Of a stretch of 61,737 bases of DNA, positions 9,353 through 19,552 are shown piece by piece; the first letter of the stretch is position 1, and each line of letters opens with the position of its first letter. This stretch comes from an uncultured Acidimicrobiales bacterium (GTDB taxonomy: Bacteria; Actinomycetota; Acidimicrobiia; Acidimicrobiales; Poriferisodalaceae). Where the stretch lies: NCBI GenBank assembly GCA_964350975.1, contig CAYGMW010000001.1, positions 1 through 61,737 of the forward strand, written 5' to 3'. The translations under genes were made by a program, and so were the position numbers. The notes beneath the pieces were generated by a model that was not told the origin of the DNA, ran no database searches, and saw nothing but the letters and a program-made list of their open reading frames with translations.

Positions 9353-10006
9353 GTGCGCGTTCTGGCCCTCGACGTTGACGGTGTCCTGCTCGATCCCAAT
9401 CGAGGTGGTGCTGGCCCCTGGAATACAGACCTCGACGACCGCTTCGGCATCTCGCCAACCGATCTCCAAGCCGCGTTCTTCGCCCGGTCATGGACAGATG
9501 TCATTGTCGGCCGACTCGACGTCGAGACTGCGCTCGGCGATGCACTGACCCGTCTGGGATCGCCTGCGTCCACCGAGGCTGTCTTGGACTGGTGGTTCGA
9601 GGCTGATTTCTGGGTGGTCGAGTCGACGGTCGACCTGGCCAGGCGGGCGATCGACGCCGGGATCGCCGTGGTTCTGGCCACCAATCAGGAGCACCGTCGG
9701 GCGGCCTACCTTCAACATCGATTCGGAGCCATGTTCGCCCTCACCGACGTGTACTACTCGGCGGGGCTGGGATTCCAGAAGCATGAACCGGCGTTCTTCA
9801 CACTCGCGACCCAGCGCTTGGACGTGCCACCGGAGGACATCGTGTTCGTCGACGACCAGCTCCACAATGTTCACGAGGCCCGCCGGGCCGGCTGGTCGGC
9901 CGTTCATGCTGAAACACTGTCTCCCGCTGAAACACTGTCTCCCGCTGAAACACTGTCTCCCGCGAGCCACTGGCAGGCCGACGTCGCCGCACTCCTCGGC
10001 CTGTAG
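9353..10006 (+). CDS. HAD-superfamily hydrolase with C-terminal (AETLSP)x3 repeat
   Basis: Track ORF is 9161..10006. Its first 64 codons overlap rnz antisense. The in-frame GTG 9353 gives VRVLALDVDGVLLD (HAD motif I DxDGV). It also has ...LATNQE... and FVDDQLHNV. Confidence 0.8.
   Translation: MRVLALDVDGVLLDPNRGGAGPWNTDLDDRFGISPTDLQAAFFARSWTDVIVGRLDVETALGDALTRLGSPASTEAVLDWWFEADFWVVESTVDLARRAIDAGIAVVLATNQEHRRAAYLQHRFGAMFALTDVYYSAGLGFQKHEPAFFTLATQRLDVPPEDIVFVDDQLHNVHEARRAGWSAVHAETLSPAETLSPAETLSPASHWQADVAALLGL
9908..9961 (+). repeat. Perfect 18-bp x3 tandem repeat (gctgaaacactgtctccc)
   Basis: Read directly: 9908..9925 = 9926..9943 = 9944..9961. It is in frame and encodes AETLSP AETLSP AETLSP near the HAD C-terminus. 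Confidence 0.97.
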
Positions 10007-10018
10007 CGCAGACGGGGC

Positions 10019-10792
10019 CTATGGGGTGGCCAGGCGGGCGAAACCGCCGTCGGAGTCGATGACCTGGCCGGTCAGCCAGCCGCCCTCGTCGGACAGCAGG
10101 AAGCGAACCAGATTGGCGGCATCGCTCGGGAGCGACACCCGGCCGATCGGCGTGGCGGCCGTGAGCCGAGCGAGTAATTCGGGGCTCATCCATCCCGTAT
10201 CGGTGGGCCCTGGGTTGATGGCGTTGACCGTGATGCCGAGCGGTGCTAGTTCGGCCGCGATCGACAGGGTCATCCAATGCACGGCCCCCTTCGACATGGC
10301 GTAGGCAACCGAACCCGTCAGTGGGGGACCGCTCAGGAAGCTCACGATTCGGCCAGGACCAAGATCAGCTGAGTACCGGGTCGCGAACTGTTGGCACAGC
10401 AGATACGTCGACCGGACATTGATGGCCATGTGACGATCGAGTTCGGGCCCGTCGATGTCGAAGATGCCGCCGCCGGGGTCGTGGGTGTGCACATTGACGA
10501 GGGCTCGTACGGGCCCAAACGCGGCCTCTGCGGCATCGAATACTGTCGCCGCGGCAGCCGGGTCGGCCATATCTGCCTCGATGCCCTGGGCCCCGGTGTC
10601 GGTGAGGAGTTCGGCGACCTCGGTGGGGTTGGAGCCCCAGGTCATCGACTCGTCATAGGGCGTCCACCAGGTGGTGAACACCTTCCAACCAGCGGCGGTC
10701 AGCGACCGTACGACCTCAGACCCGATGCCGATCCGGCGACTCGCACCGGTGACAATAACGACGCCTCGACGATCGGCTGGAGCTGTGGTCAT
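10019..10792 (-). CDS. SDR family oxidoreductase
   Basis: 257 aa. It has VTGASRRIGIG (TGxxxxxG), YAMSK (YxxxK) and NAINPGPTDT. Confidence 0.88.
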   Translation of the reverse strand: MTTAPADRRGVVIVTGASRRIGIGSEVVRSLTAAGWKVFTTWWTPYDESMTWGSNPTEVAELLTDTGAQGIEADMADPAAAATVFDAAEAAFGPVRALVNVHTHDPGGGIFDIDGPELDRHMAINVRSTYLLCQQFATRYSADLGPGRIVSFLSGPPLTGSVAYAMSKGAVHWMTLSIAAELAPLGITVNAINPGPTDTGWMSPELLARLTAATPIGRVSLPSDAANLVRFLLSDEGGWLTGQVIDSDGGFARLATP

Positions 10793-10832
10793 GCAGCGAC
10801 GATAGGTGAACGGCCGTCCCCGGACGTTGGAA

Positions 10833-11891
10833 TTACCGCAGCGCGATGCGCCCGGTGCCTGAGGCGGTGGAACCGACGGCCGCGGCCTGATGTCCGCTGG
10901 CAGCGAGCGACGTGAGCACGGTTGCGGCCTCGCCTGGGTCGACGCCGAAGATCAGTCCGCCCGAGGTCTGAGCATCGGCGAGCAACAGCTTTGTCAGCTC
11001 GCTGTGAGTTCCGACATCGATGCGATCGTCGATCCAGGTCAGGTTGCGCCGCGTGCCGCCCGGGATCATTCCCTCGGTCGCGAGATCGACAGCTCCGGGC
11101 AAGAACGGGATCGCGTCGACCTCGAGGCGAACATCGACCGCCGATTCGAGGGCCATGCGGCCGAGATGCCCGAGCAACCCAAACCCGGTGACGTCGGTGC
11201 AGCCCGTCGCTCCCGCCGCGAGGGCGGCCCGCGAGGCCAGACCGTTCAGGCGGGTCATCGACTCGATCGCGGCCGCCGCGACGTCAGGTGATGCCACATC
11301 GTTCTTGATGGCTGTGGTCACGACCCCAACACCGAGCGGCTTGGTCAAGATGAGGGTCTGACCAGCCAACAGCCCGGCGTTGGTGAGGATGCGGTCCGGG
11401 TGGACTTCGCCAACCACACACATGCCGTATTTGGGCTCGGGGTCGTCGATGGTGTGACCACCAGCAACGATGAAGCCGCCTGCGAGCGCAATGTCGTTTC
11501 CGCCAGCCAGCACCTCGCCCAGCATGTCGGTGGAGAGAGCGTCGGTGTTCCAGCCCACCAGGTTCAGCGCCAGCATGGGCGTGGCACCCATGGCATAGAT
11601 ATCCGACACGCTGTTTGCGGCCGCGACCCGACCCCACGCCCGGGCATCGTCGACCACGGGGGTGATGAAGTCCGCCGTCAGTACGAGGGCGCGCTCGTTC
11701 GACAGCTGCCAGACGGCCGCATCGTCACCAGTGTCGGTGCCGACCAGCAGCTTGGAGCTGGTGCCAGGGGTCAATTGGCGCACCACGTGCGCCAGCTCGC
11801 CGGGAGCGAGCTTGCAGCCTCAACCAGCGCCGTGACTGAACTGGGTCAGCCGGGGCCTGGAGGCATGATTGCTCGCAGTCGATTCGGACAT
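10833..11891 (-). CDS. selD: Selenide, water dikinase (selenophosphate synthetase) with in-frame UGA (Sec24)
   Basis: Track ORF 10833..11786 is SelD-like (GTDTGDDAAV, SDIYAMGATP, etc.). The same frame upstream reads ATG(11891) MSESTASNHASRPRLTQFSHGAG-TGA-GCKLAPGELAHVV. This is the SelD glycine-rich N-terminal loop, with TGA where E. coli has Cys17. An in-frame stop 7 codons upstream of the ATG bounds the start. Confidence 0.88.
11778..11819 (-). promoter_or_regulatory. Candidate bacterial SECIS region (two adjacent hairpins directly 3' of the UGA)
   Basis: The mRNA reads UGA GGCUGCA-AGCUCGC-UCCCG-GCGAGCU-GG. This is a 7-bp perfect stem (11812..11806 pairing with 11800..11794) with a 5-nt loop, starting 7 nt after UGA. 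It is followed by GCGCAC-GUG-GUGCGC, a 6-bp stem at 11792..11778. Confidence 0.4.
11820..11822 (-). other. In-frame UGA, predicted selenocysteine codon of selD
   Basis: Plus-strand tca at 11820..11822 is TGA on the minus strand. It is 23 codons after the ATG at 11891 and in frame with the downstream SelD ORF. Confidence 0.8.
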
Positions 11892-11939
11892 GGCGACGAC
11901 GCTACCGCCTCAGTAGCCGTGGCCAGCAGCGCTGGCCCG

Positions 11940-12908
11940 CTAGCCGACCGTGATCGCAGCCATCTGCTGGTGGACATGCTCCAGCACGGTCACCGGCGGC
12001 CATCGGTGAGGTCCGCCGATCGGCTCAGGAAGCGGCTCGACGACAGCATGCGCGTCGGCCTCCATGAACAGCACGAGCGATAGCCGCTCAGTAGTTGCCT
12101 CTTCAGGTGACGGTGCCAGCACCCGGTGCTTGTTTGACAGATATCGGCCTCCGGTCCAGCGGTGCAGAAGGTCGCCGATGTTGACGGTGAGCGAACCCGG
12201 CACGTAGGGCGCGTCGACCCAGTCGCCAGACGGCGTTTGGACTTGGAGCCCACTGCCGGCTTCGTGGCGATCGAGCACGGTGATGGTTCCGAAGTCGGTG
12301 TGGGGTCCAATGCGGTATTGGCCTGGAGCGGCGGGCCCGGCCTGGTCGCGCGACGGATAGAACGCGACGAGCAGGCTGTAAATGGCGTCGTGGCAGTGCT
12401 TGGTGAACGTGTCGCCTTCGGCGCCGAGCGCGAGCGCTACGAGTTCGAGCAGCTCGATACACAACGCGTAGGACTGGGACATGAACTCCTCAACCGCAGG
12501 CTCAAGGCCTGGAATCTCCGTCGGGAAACGGTTGACGCAAGGGATCAGGCCCGCCGCGCTGATTGTCTGCGCGCCTGGCGTATTCGGGCCGAAGTACAAC
12601 GACTCCTTCAGATCGGGTGGCGATTCCTCACCGCTCGCGTACGCGTTGGCCTCGCCTCCCAGCGGCAGCCACCCCGGAAGACCCGGCGCGCCCACATACC
12701 GGCGCTTGACGGCATCGTCAAGATCAAAAAATGAGCGGCACCGGGTCCTGACGTTGTCGGCCACGACGCCGTCGATGCCGTGACCCACGATCAACATGAA
12801 CCCCGACGTGGTCAGAGCATGATCGACGGCGGCCAGCACATCGGCTCGTTCGCGGGCGGAACCGGACCGCCACAGAGCCAGGTCGATGACGGGAATATCA
12901 GCAGCCAT
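11940..12908 (-). CDS. 2-oxoglutarate/Fe(II)-dependent oxygenase (isopenicillin N synthase-like family)
   Basis: 322 aa. N-terminal IPVIDLALW...GFMLIVGHGI. Predicted metal site in GPHTDFGTITVL (HxD) and NKHRV. Confidence 0.85.
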   Translation of the reverse strand: MAADIPVIDLALWRSGSARERADVLAAVDHALTTSGFMLIVGHGIDGVVADNVRTRCRSFFDLDDAVKRRYVGAPGLPGWLPLGGEANAYASGEESPPDLKESLYFGPNTPGAQTISAAGLIPCVNRFPTEIPGLEPAVEEFMSQSYALCIELLELVALALGAEGDTFTKHCHDAIYSLLVAFYPSRDQAGPAAPGQYRIGPHTDFGTITVLDRHEAGSGLQVQTPSGDWVDAPYVPGSLTVNIGDLLHRWTGGRYLSNKHRVLAPSPEEATTERLSLVLFMEADAHAVVEPLPEPIGGPHRWPPVTVLEHVHQQMAAITVG

Positions 12909-12920
12909 TGCGTCGAGGTC

Positions 12921-14798
12921 CTACTTCGGTGCGGCGAACAGGCACATGGCCAAGGGCGGAACCGTCACGGTGATCGAATGGTCATAGCCATGAGACGCCT
13001 CGTCTTGAGCGCCGACTGCCCGATTGAGCAGCCCGCTTCCGCCGTAGGCCAAGTCGTCGCTGTTGAGCATCTCTAGCCAGGTGCCCGCCCGCGGTATCCC
13101 GATGCGGTAGTCGTGACGGGGTACCGGCGTGAAGTTGCACACGACGAGTACCGAACGCTCGCCGGGCGCATGCCTCATGAATGCCACCACGCTGTTTTCG
13201 GCGTCGTCTCCAATGATCCAGGAGAACCCCGACGGCGACGCATCGACTCGATGCAGGCTGGGCTCTGATCGATACACCCGGTTGAGCGCGCCAACCCAGT
13301 CGAGTACCCCTGAGTGTCCCGAATGCTGCAACAGCCCCCATGGCAACTCGCGTTCGTGGTCCCACTCGTACGGGTCGCCAAACTCCGAACCCATGAACAT
13401 CAGCTTCTTGCCTGGGATGCCGTACTGGTAACCAAACAGGAGCCTGAGGCCTGCGAACTGTTGCCACCGATCGCCCGGCTGACGATCGAGCAGCGAGCCC
13501 TTGCCGTGCACCACCTCGTCGTGGGACAACGGCAACATGAAGTGCTCGTTGAACGCATACACCATCCGGAACGTCAGCTCGTTGTGGTGCCAGCGCCGGT
13601 GGATTGGATCTTCGCTGATGTAGCCCAGGGTGTCGTTCATCCAACCCATGTCCCACTTGAGGCCAAACCCCAGCCCGCCACCATCGGTTGGCTGGGTGAC
13701 GCCTGGCCATGCCGTCGATTCCTCGGCGATGGTCATGGCGTCGGGATGGTGCAGATAGATCCGTCGGTTCAGTTCTTGCAGGAAGCTGATCGCACCAAGA
13801 TTCTCGTTGCTGCCATATTCGTTTGGAATCCACTCGCCTTCGTTGCGGGAGTAGTCGCGATACAGCATCGACGCGACAGCATCGACCCGGATTCCGTCGG
13901 CGTGATAGCGCTCCATCCAGAACCGGGCGCTCGACAACAAGAAGCTGCGGACCTCATGTCGGTCGTAGTTGAAGATGCCGCTTTTCCAGTCTGGGTGGAA
14001 ACCCATACGAGGATCGGCGTGCTCGTAGAGGTGCGAACCGTCGAACTGGGCCAGACCGTGGGCATCGTTGGGGAAGTGGCTGGGTACCCAGTCCAAGATG
14101 ACCCCGTAGCCCCGCTGGTGCAGCAGGTCGATCATGAACATCAGATCCTGCGGCCGGCCGTAGCGGGCCGTAGCGGCGAAGTAGCCGGTGGTTTGATAGC
14201 CCCACGATCCGTAGAACGGATGCTCCATGACGGGTAACAGTTCGACATGGGTGAACTGGGTGCGGTCGAGATAGTCGGCGAGCTGCGCCGCGATCGCGCG
14301 ATAGCCGCCCGGTTCGTATCGCCACGACCCAAGATGGAGCTCATAGACCGAGATTGGCGCGTCCTGGGCGTTGCGGTCGCCACGGCTCGACATCCAAGCC
14401 GAGTCGCCCCATTCATAGGTCAGGTCGGCAATCCGAGAAGCGGTTGCTGGTGGTTCCTCGGTCGAGAACCCGACTGGGTCGGCCTTGTCCAGGACCGCCC
14501 CATCGGCGGTGATGATCCGATATTTGTACCGATCGCCCGCCGATGCTCCTGAGATTCGGCCCGACCAGATGCCAGCGTCAGATCCGGTGAGCGGCGACGC
14601 GTCGCCGTCCCACTCGTTGAAGTCGCCGATCACCGACACCGAGCGAGCCGCAGGCGCCCACACCCGGAACGTGCAGCCGCGTTCGTCGACCTGGGCGCCC
14701 AACAAATGGGACAACCCATCGTGTGTTCCCTCCGAAAACCGCCACAGGTCATTGCCGTTGAGGGGGTCAGCGGGATGAATTTCGGACTCTTTCGGCAT
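12921..14798 (-). CDS. glgB: 1,4-alpha-glucan branching enzyme
   Basis: Track ORF is 12921..14900. Start moved to the internal ATG 14798 ([13 protein letters not shown]...). GH13 motifs are [22 protein letters not shown] and AEESTAWPG. Confidence 0.9.
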   Translation of the reverse strand: MPKESEIHPADPLNGNDLWRFSEGTHDGLSHLLGAQVDERGCTFRVWAPAARSVSVIGDFNEWDGDASPLTGSDAGIWSGRISGASAGDRYKYRIITADGAVLDKADPVGFSTEEPPATASRIADLTYEWGDSAWMSSRGDRNAQDAPISVYELHLGSWRYEPGGYRAIAAQLADYLDRTQFTHVELLPVMEHPFYGSWGYQTTGYFAATARYGRPQDLMFMIDLLHQRGYGVILDWVPSHFPNDAHGLAQFDGSHLYEHADPRMGFHPDWKSGIFNYDRHEVRSFLLSSARFWMERYHADGIRVDAVASMLYRDYSRNEGEWIPNEYGSNENLGAISFLQELNRRIYLHHPDAMTIAEESTAWPGVTQPTDGGGLGFGLKWDMGWMNDTLGYISEDPIHRRWHHNELTFRMVYAFNEHFMLPLSHDEVVHGKGSLLDRQPGDRWQQFAGLRLLFGYQYGIPGKKLMFMGSEFGDPYEWDHERELPWGLLQHSGHSGVLDWVGALNRVYRSEPSLHRVDASPSGFSWIIGDDAENSVVAFMRHAPGERSVLVVCNFTPVPRHDYRIGIPRAGTWLEMLNSDDLAYGGSGLLNRAVGAQDEASHGYDHSITVTVPPLAMCLFAAPK

Positions 14799-14827
14799 CG
14801 GGCCACAATATGGGGCAATGTGGGGAG

Positions 14828-16081
14828 ATGCTTGAGGTTGTTTCCCGCCCGAAAGTTCTGAGCATCGTCCTTGCCGGCGGTGAAGGCAAACGGTTGGCAC
14901 CGCTCACGCTCGACCGAGCCAAGCCAGCGGTGCCGTTCGGCGGCCACTATCGCCTCATCGACTTTCCGTTGTCGAACCTTGCCAACGGGGGATATCGCAA
15001 GATTGTGGTGCTCACCCAGTACAAGAGCCACAGCCTCGACGTCCACCTGTCGAGGACGTGGCGGCTGAGCACTCTCCTTGGCAACTATGTGACGTCGGTG
15101 CCTGCCCAGATGCGCCAGGGGCCCCGATGGTTCCTCGGGTCGGCCGACGCCATCTATCAGAACCTCAACCTGCTCGAAGATGAGCGGCCCGACTATGTCT
15201 TTGTGTTTGGTGCCGACCACATCTACCGGATCGATCCACGCCAGATGCTCGACCACCACATCGCCACCGGCGCTGGTGTGACTGTTGCCGGCATTCGGGT
15301 TCGCAAAGACGAGTCCGACCAGTTCGGCATCATCTCGGCCCCCTCCGGAACCAAGATCGACTCCTTCATCGAAAAGCCGGCCCCAGACTCCATCGATGGG
15401 CTCGCTGACAACCCCAACGAGGTCCTGGCCTCGATGGGCAACTATGTGTTCAGCACCAAGGCACTCGTCAACTTGTTGCACGAGAACCAGTCCCGACCCG
15501 GTACTCGCCACGACATCGGCGGCGACCTGATTCCGATGATGGTCGGCAAGGGCGACGCCCACGTCTATGACTTCACGAACAATGTGGTTCCCGGCCAAGA
15601 GACCCAGGAGCACTACTGGCGCGACGTCGGCACCCTTGACAGCTACTACGACGCCCACATGGATCTCATCGACGACTATCCGGCGTTCGACCTCTACAAC
15701 GCTGAATGGCCGATCTACACCTTGGGCCGCACCTCGCCGCCCGCCAAGATCGTCAGCAGCGGGATCCACGGCGAGTCGTCAGTGCGCCGCTCATTGCTCA
15801 GCAATGGCGTCGTCGTGGCCGGAGCCAAGGTGCGCGACTCGGTCCTGTCCCCCGGAGTGCGGGTCGAGGGTGGAGCCAAGGTCGGCAACTCGATCTTGCT
15901 CGACGGAGTTGTCATTGGCGAAGGTGCCCAGGTCCGCCACGCAGTGCTCGACAAGAACGTGGTGGTGCCGCCGGGAGCGCGTATTGGCTACGACGAAGAA
16001 TTCGACCGAGCGAACTACACCGTGTCAGACAACGGTGTCGTGGTGATCGCCAAGGGCGGCCGCGTCAACTGGTCGAGCTGA
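14828..16081 (+). CDS. glgC: Glucose-1-phosphate adenylyltransferase
   Basis: Track ORF is 14810..16081. [30 protein letters not shown] is the canonical GlgC N-terminus. Start is either ATG 14810 or ATG 14828. Confidence 0.9.
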   Translation: MLEVVSRPKVLSIVLAGGEGKRLAPLTLDRAKPAVPFGGHYRLIDFPLSNLANGGYRKIVVLTQYKSHSLDVHLSRTWRLSTLLGNYVTSVPAQMRQGPRWFLGSADAIYQNLNLLEDERPDYVFVFGADHIYRIDPRQMLDHHIATGAGVTVAGIRVRKDESDQFGIISAPSGTKIDSFIEKPAPDSIDGLADNPNEVLASMGNYVFSTKALVNLLHENQSRPGTRHDIGGDLIPMMVGKGDAHVYDFTNNVVPGQETQEHYWRDVGTLDSYYDAHMDLIDDYPAFDLYNAEWPIYTLGRTSPPAKIVSSGIHGESSVRRSLLSNGVVVAGAKVRDSVLSPGVRVEGGAKVGNSILLDGVVIGEGAQVRHAVLDKNVVVPPGARIGYDEEFDRANYTVSDNGVVVIAKGGRVNWSS

Positions 16082-17447
16082 TCTGGCGGTACAGGTCGAT
16101 GTGGGTAGAGGCAGGTCCTGCCCAGGACCAGTCAGTGGTCATGCCGCGGGTCTGCATCGCTGCTTTGCGACCGGCGTGGCGCACGCCGCGAACCCCACGA
16201 TGGATGGCATCGACGACGCCTACCGCGTCAACCGTGGACGACACGAAACCGGTGCCGGTCGAGCGGTGCACATCTGCGTCGATCACTGTGTCGTGGAGGC
16301 CGCCAACGTCGGTGACGATTGGCAAACAGCCATAGGCCATGGCTTGCATTTGGGCCAGACCGCACGGCTCAAAACGGCTGGGCATCAAGAACAAATCTGA
16401 TCCGGCGAAGAGCCGATGAGCCAGCGGTTCGTCGTAGCCGTCGTAGAACCAGATCGTGTCGGGATGGGCTGCTGCGGCCGCGGCCAGTTCCTCGCTGAGC
16501 CATGGCGAACCGGCGCCGAGAATGGCCAATCGAGCCGGGACAGTTGGCAAGAATCGGGTGGCTTCCAGGGCAAGGTCGATGCCCTTTTGTTCGACCAGGC
16601 GGCTGACCACCCCGATGATCGGCACATTGTTGTCAGCCCAGCCGATCTCTTCGGCTAGGGCGGTTCGGCACGCCACCCTGCCGGTGCGGTCGTCGGCTGA
16701 AAAGTGGGCTGCGATGTGAGGATCGCTTTCAGGGTTCCACACCGACACATCGATGCCGTTGCGGATGCCCACCAACCGGTCACCCAAGCTGGCCAAGCGG
16801 GCGTGTAACCCCATGCCCGACTCTTGGGTGACGATTTCGGCCGCATAGTTCGGGCTCACTGCCACGACCCGGTCGACCAGTTCGATCGCGCCAGCGAGCG
16901 GATTCGCAGCGTCGTACCACGCAAAGCGGTGGGCATCGCGGGTCACCAGATCGAGCCAGCCCCGGTTCATGACGCCCTGGTAGCCCAAGGTGTGGATCGT
17001 CAACACCGTCGGGATCCGGGTTGTCATCAGGCCCACCGCGGCGGCGGTGTGCCAGTCGTTGAGATGGACGACGTCGGGTGTGGTCGCATCGGCGAGGGCC
17101 GCAACGACGGCCGAGAACGCCATGAACCGGCGGTCGTTGTCGGGCCACCCTTCGCCGTTGTTGTCGACATAGGGATGGGGGCGATCCATGCCAGGGACGT
17201 GCACGAGGATCAGGTCGCCGACGACCTTGTGGTTGCCCCGTCGGATGCGAACGTCGCCGATCCAGGCCGGCGTGTCAACGAGGATCTGGCTCTGGTTGTC
17301 CAGCTCGACGCCGCCGTAATCGGGCAACACAAGGTCGATCTCAAGGCCCTCGGCCCGCAGCGCCTTGACCAGACCCGCCGCGGCCTCGGCGAGACCGCCA
17401 ACGCGTGCCACCGGCGTGAGCTCAGCGGTCGCAAACAGAACCTTCAT
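16065..17447 (-). CDS. glgA: Glycogen synthase (GT5, ADP-glucose type)
   Basis: 460 aa. [30 protein letters not shown] carries the KxGGL-type motif. It overlaps the glgC 3' end convergently by 17 bp. Confidence 0.92.
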   Translation of the reverse strand: MKVLFATAELTPVARVGGLAEAAAGLVKALRAEGLEIDLVLPDYGGVELDNQSQILVDTPAWIGDVRIRRGNHKVVGDLILVHVPGMDRPHPYVDNNGEGWPDNDRRFMAFSAVVAALADATTPDVVHLNDWHTAAAVGLMTTRIPTVLTIHTLGYQGVMNRGWLDLVTRDAHRFAWYDAANPLAGAIELVDRVVAVSPNYAAEIVTQESGMGLHARLASLGDRLVGIRNGIDVSVWNPESDPHIAAHFSADDRTGRVACRTALAEEIGWADNNVPIIGVVSRLVEQKGIDLALEATRFLPTVPARLAILGAGSPWLSEELAAAAAAHPDTIWFYDGYDEPLAHRLFAGSDLFLMPSRFEPCGLAQMQAMAYGCLPIVTDVGGLHDTVIDADVHRSTGTGFVSSTVDAVGVVDAIHRGVRGVRHAGRKAAMQTRGMTTDWSWAGPASTHIDLYRQISSTS

Positions 17448-19552
17448 GCTTCACCTGACTTGAGTCGTCGCAGCAGCACCACCGACCAGGCTCCAATCTC
17501 CCACTTTTCGTTGCTGGAAATCTCAGCGCCGCGATCGTGATCGGTGGACGTGTCGACCTCGACCACCCATTGCGACCCGCCCAGGCCGGTTGGCACGACA
17601 AAGGTGATCGGCTCACGGTGAGCATTGAAGAACGCGAGGAAACTGTCGTCGACAATACGTTCGCCATGCGGGCCGGTGGCAGTAATCGACTCGCCGTTCA
17701 AGAACACAGCCAACGATCGGGCATAGCCAACTGACCAGTCTTCGTCGGTCATCTCCGAGCCGTCAGGTCGGTACCAGCCCATGTCGTGCACTTCGGCACC
17801 GTGGATGGGTCGGCCCTCAAACCACCGGCGGCGGCGAAACACCGGGTGCCTCGCTCGCAGACGAATCAGGCGTCGAACAAACGCGAGCAGTTCGGTGTCA
17901 GCCCCGGCCCAGTCGATCCACGAGACCTCGTTGTCTTGGGCATAGGAGTTGTTGTTGCCACCTTGGGTGCGGCCGAGTTCGTCGCCCGCAAGCAGCATCG
18001 GGACTCCTTGTGACAAGAACAAGGTTGCGAGCATCGAACGACGCCTCGTCGCCCGGACCTCATTGATCTCCGGATCGTCGGTTGGACCCTCGATGCCGGA
18101 GTTCCATGACCGATTGTGAGACTCGCCGTCGCGGTTGTCTTCGTTGTTGGCTTCGTTGTGTTTGTGGTCATATGACACCAGGTCGGTCAGGGTGAAACCG
18201 TCGTGGGCGGTGATGAAATTGATGCTCGCTGATGGGTTGCGGCCCGACCACGCATACAGGTCTGAGCTCCCGGTGAACCGTGACGCAAAGTCGGCCAACG
18301 ACTGGTCCGCGCTGCGCCAGTAGTCCCGCACACCATCTCGGTACTTACCGTTCCACTCCGACCACAAGGGCGGAAAGTTGCCGACCTGATAGCCGCCAGC
18401 GCCGACATCCCACGGTTCGGCGATGAGCTTGACCCCATTGATCACCGGGTCCTGGTGGATGAGGTCAAAAAACGAGGACAAGCGATCGACTTCGTGCAGG
18501 CCACGGGCGAGTGCTGCGGCCAGATCGAACCGGAACCCGTCGACATGCATGTCGAGAATCCAGTACCGCAGGCTGTCCATCATCAGCTGAAGCGTCTGGG
18601 AGTGCCGCATGTTCAAGCTGTTGCCGGTACCGGTGAAGTCGACGTAGTAGCGCTGATCGTCTGGGTTCAGGCGGTAATAGGCCCGGTTGTCGAACCCCTT
18701 GAGCGACAACAACGGCCCGAGGTGATTGCCTTCGGTGGTGTGGTTGTAGACCACATCCAAAATGACCTCGATGCCGACGGAGTGGAAGGCCTTGACCATT
18801 GCCTTGAATTCCGACACTTGCTGGCCCTGATCGCCGCTCGACGAATAGGGCCCGTGGGGCGACAAGAACGCCAGGGTGTTGTAGCCCCAGTAGTTCGTGA
18901 GGCCCCGCTGAACCACGGTGTGTTCGGACAAGAAATGGTGCACCGGCATGAGTTCAATAGCGGTGATGCCGAGATCGACGAGGTGGTCGAGGATTGAGGG
19001 GCATGCCATGCCGGCGTAGGTGCCGCGGAGTTCCTCGGGCACGTCGGGGTGGATGATGGACATACCCCGGACGTGGGCCTCGTAGATGACGCTCTCGTGG
19101 AGGGGAACATTTGGCCGGACGTCGTCGCCCCAGTCGAAGGCAGGATCGATGACGACACATTTGGGCATGAACGGGGCGCTGTCGCGCGTGTCAGGAATGT
19201 CGAGTGCGTCAGGACGGTGCCCGTAGACCTCGTCGCCCCACTGGATCTCGCCCGTCACCGACTTTGCGTAGGGATCGACGAGCAGCTTGGCCGGGTTGCA
19301 CCGATTCCCAGCAGCAGGGTCCCATGGGCCGTGTACCCGAAACCCGTACTTCTGCCCAGCCGTGATGCCCGGAAGGAATCCGTGATGCACGAACGCGGTG
19401 ACCTCAGGCAGGCGAAACCGGGTCTCGATGTTGTTGTCGTCGAACAGGCAGACTTCGATGTAGTCGGCTACTTCTGAATACACCGAGAAGTTCACCCCCT
19501 CGTCGCTGAGCGTGGCGCCGAGGGGGTACATGTTGCCGGGCCAGATGATCAT
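17444..19552 (-). CDS. glgX: Glycogen debranching enzyme
   Basis: 702 aa. It has YNHT, GFRFDLAAAL, AEPWD and FITAHDGFTL (GH13 subfamily 11 motifs). It overlaps the glgA start by 4 bp. Confidence 0.93.
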   Translation of the reverse strand: MIIWPGNMYPLGATLSDEGVNFSVYSEVADYIEVCLFDDNNIETRFRLPEVTAFVHHGFLPGITAGQKYGFRVHGPWDPAAGNRCNPAKLLVDPYAKSVTGEIQWGDEVYGHRPDALDIPDTRDSAPFMPKCVVIDPAFDWGDDVRPNVPLHESVIYEAHVRGMSIIHPDVPEELRGTYAGMACPSILDHLVDLGITAIELMPVHHFLSEHTVVQRGLTNYWGYNTLAFLSPHGPYSSSGDQGQQVSEFKAMVKAFHSVGIEVILDVVYNHTTEGNHLGPLLSLKGFDNRAYYRLNPDDQRYYVDFTGTGNSLNMRHSQTLQLMMDSLRYWILDMHVDGFRFDLAAALARGLHEVDRLSSFFDLIHQDPVINGVKLIAEPWDVGAGGYQVGNFPPLWSEWNGKYRDGVRDYWRSADQSLADFASRFTGSSDLYAWSGRNPSASINFITAHDGFTLTDLVSYDHKHNEANNEDNRDGESHNRSWNSGIEGPTDDPEINEVRATRRRSMLATLFLSQGVPMLLAGDELGRTQGGNNNSYAQDNEVSWIDWAGADTELLAFVRRLIRLRARHPVFRRRRWFEGRPIHGAEVHDMGWYRPDGSEMTDEDWSVGYARSLAVFLNGESITATGPHGERIVDDSFLAFFNAHREPITFVVPTGLGGSQWVVEVDTSTDHDRGAEISSNEKWEIGAWSVVLLRRLKSGEA

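Noticed and set aside
9908-9961. The 18-bp tandem repeat as a possible CRISPR fragment
   Set aside because: The copies are directly abutting with no spacers and lie in frame inside a CDS. No cas genes are present.
10833-11786. selD as a 5'-truncated gene or pseudogene interrupted by a stop codon
   Set aside because: The sequence upstream of the TGA continues in frame with the exact conserved SelD N-terminal motif (RLTQFSHGAG-U-GCK) and has a bounded ATG. A hairpin also follows the TGA. Recoding as Sec is the better explanation.
14630-15769. 379-aa minus-strand ORF antisense to glgC
   Set aside because: It is a shadow ORF opposite a gene with an unmistakable GlgC sequence. It has no motifs.
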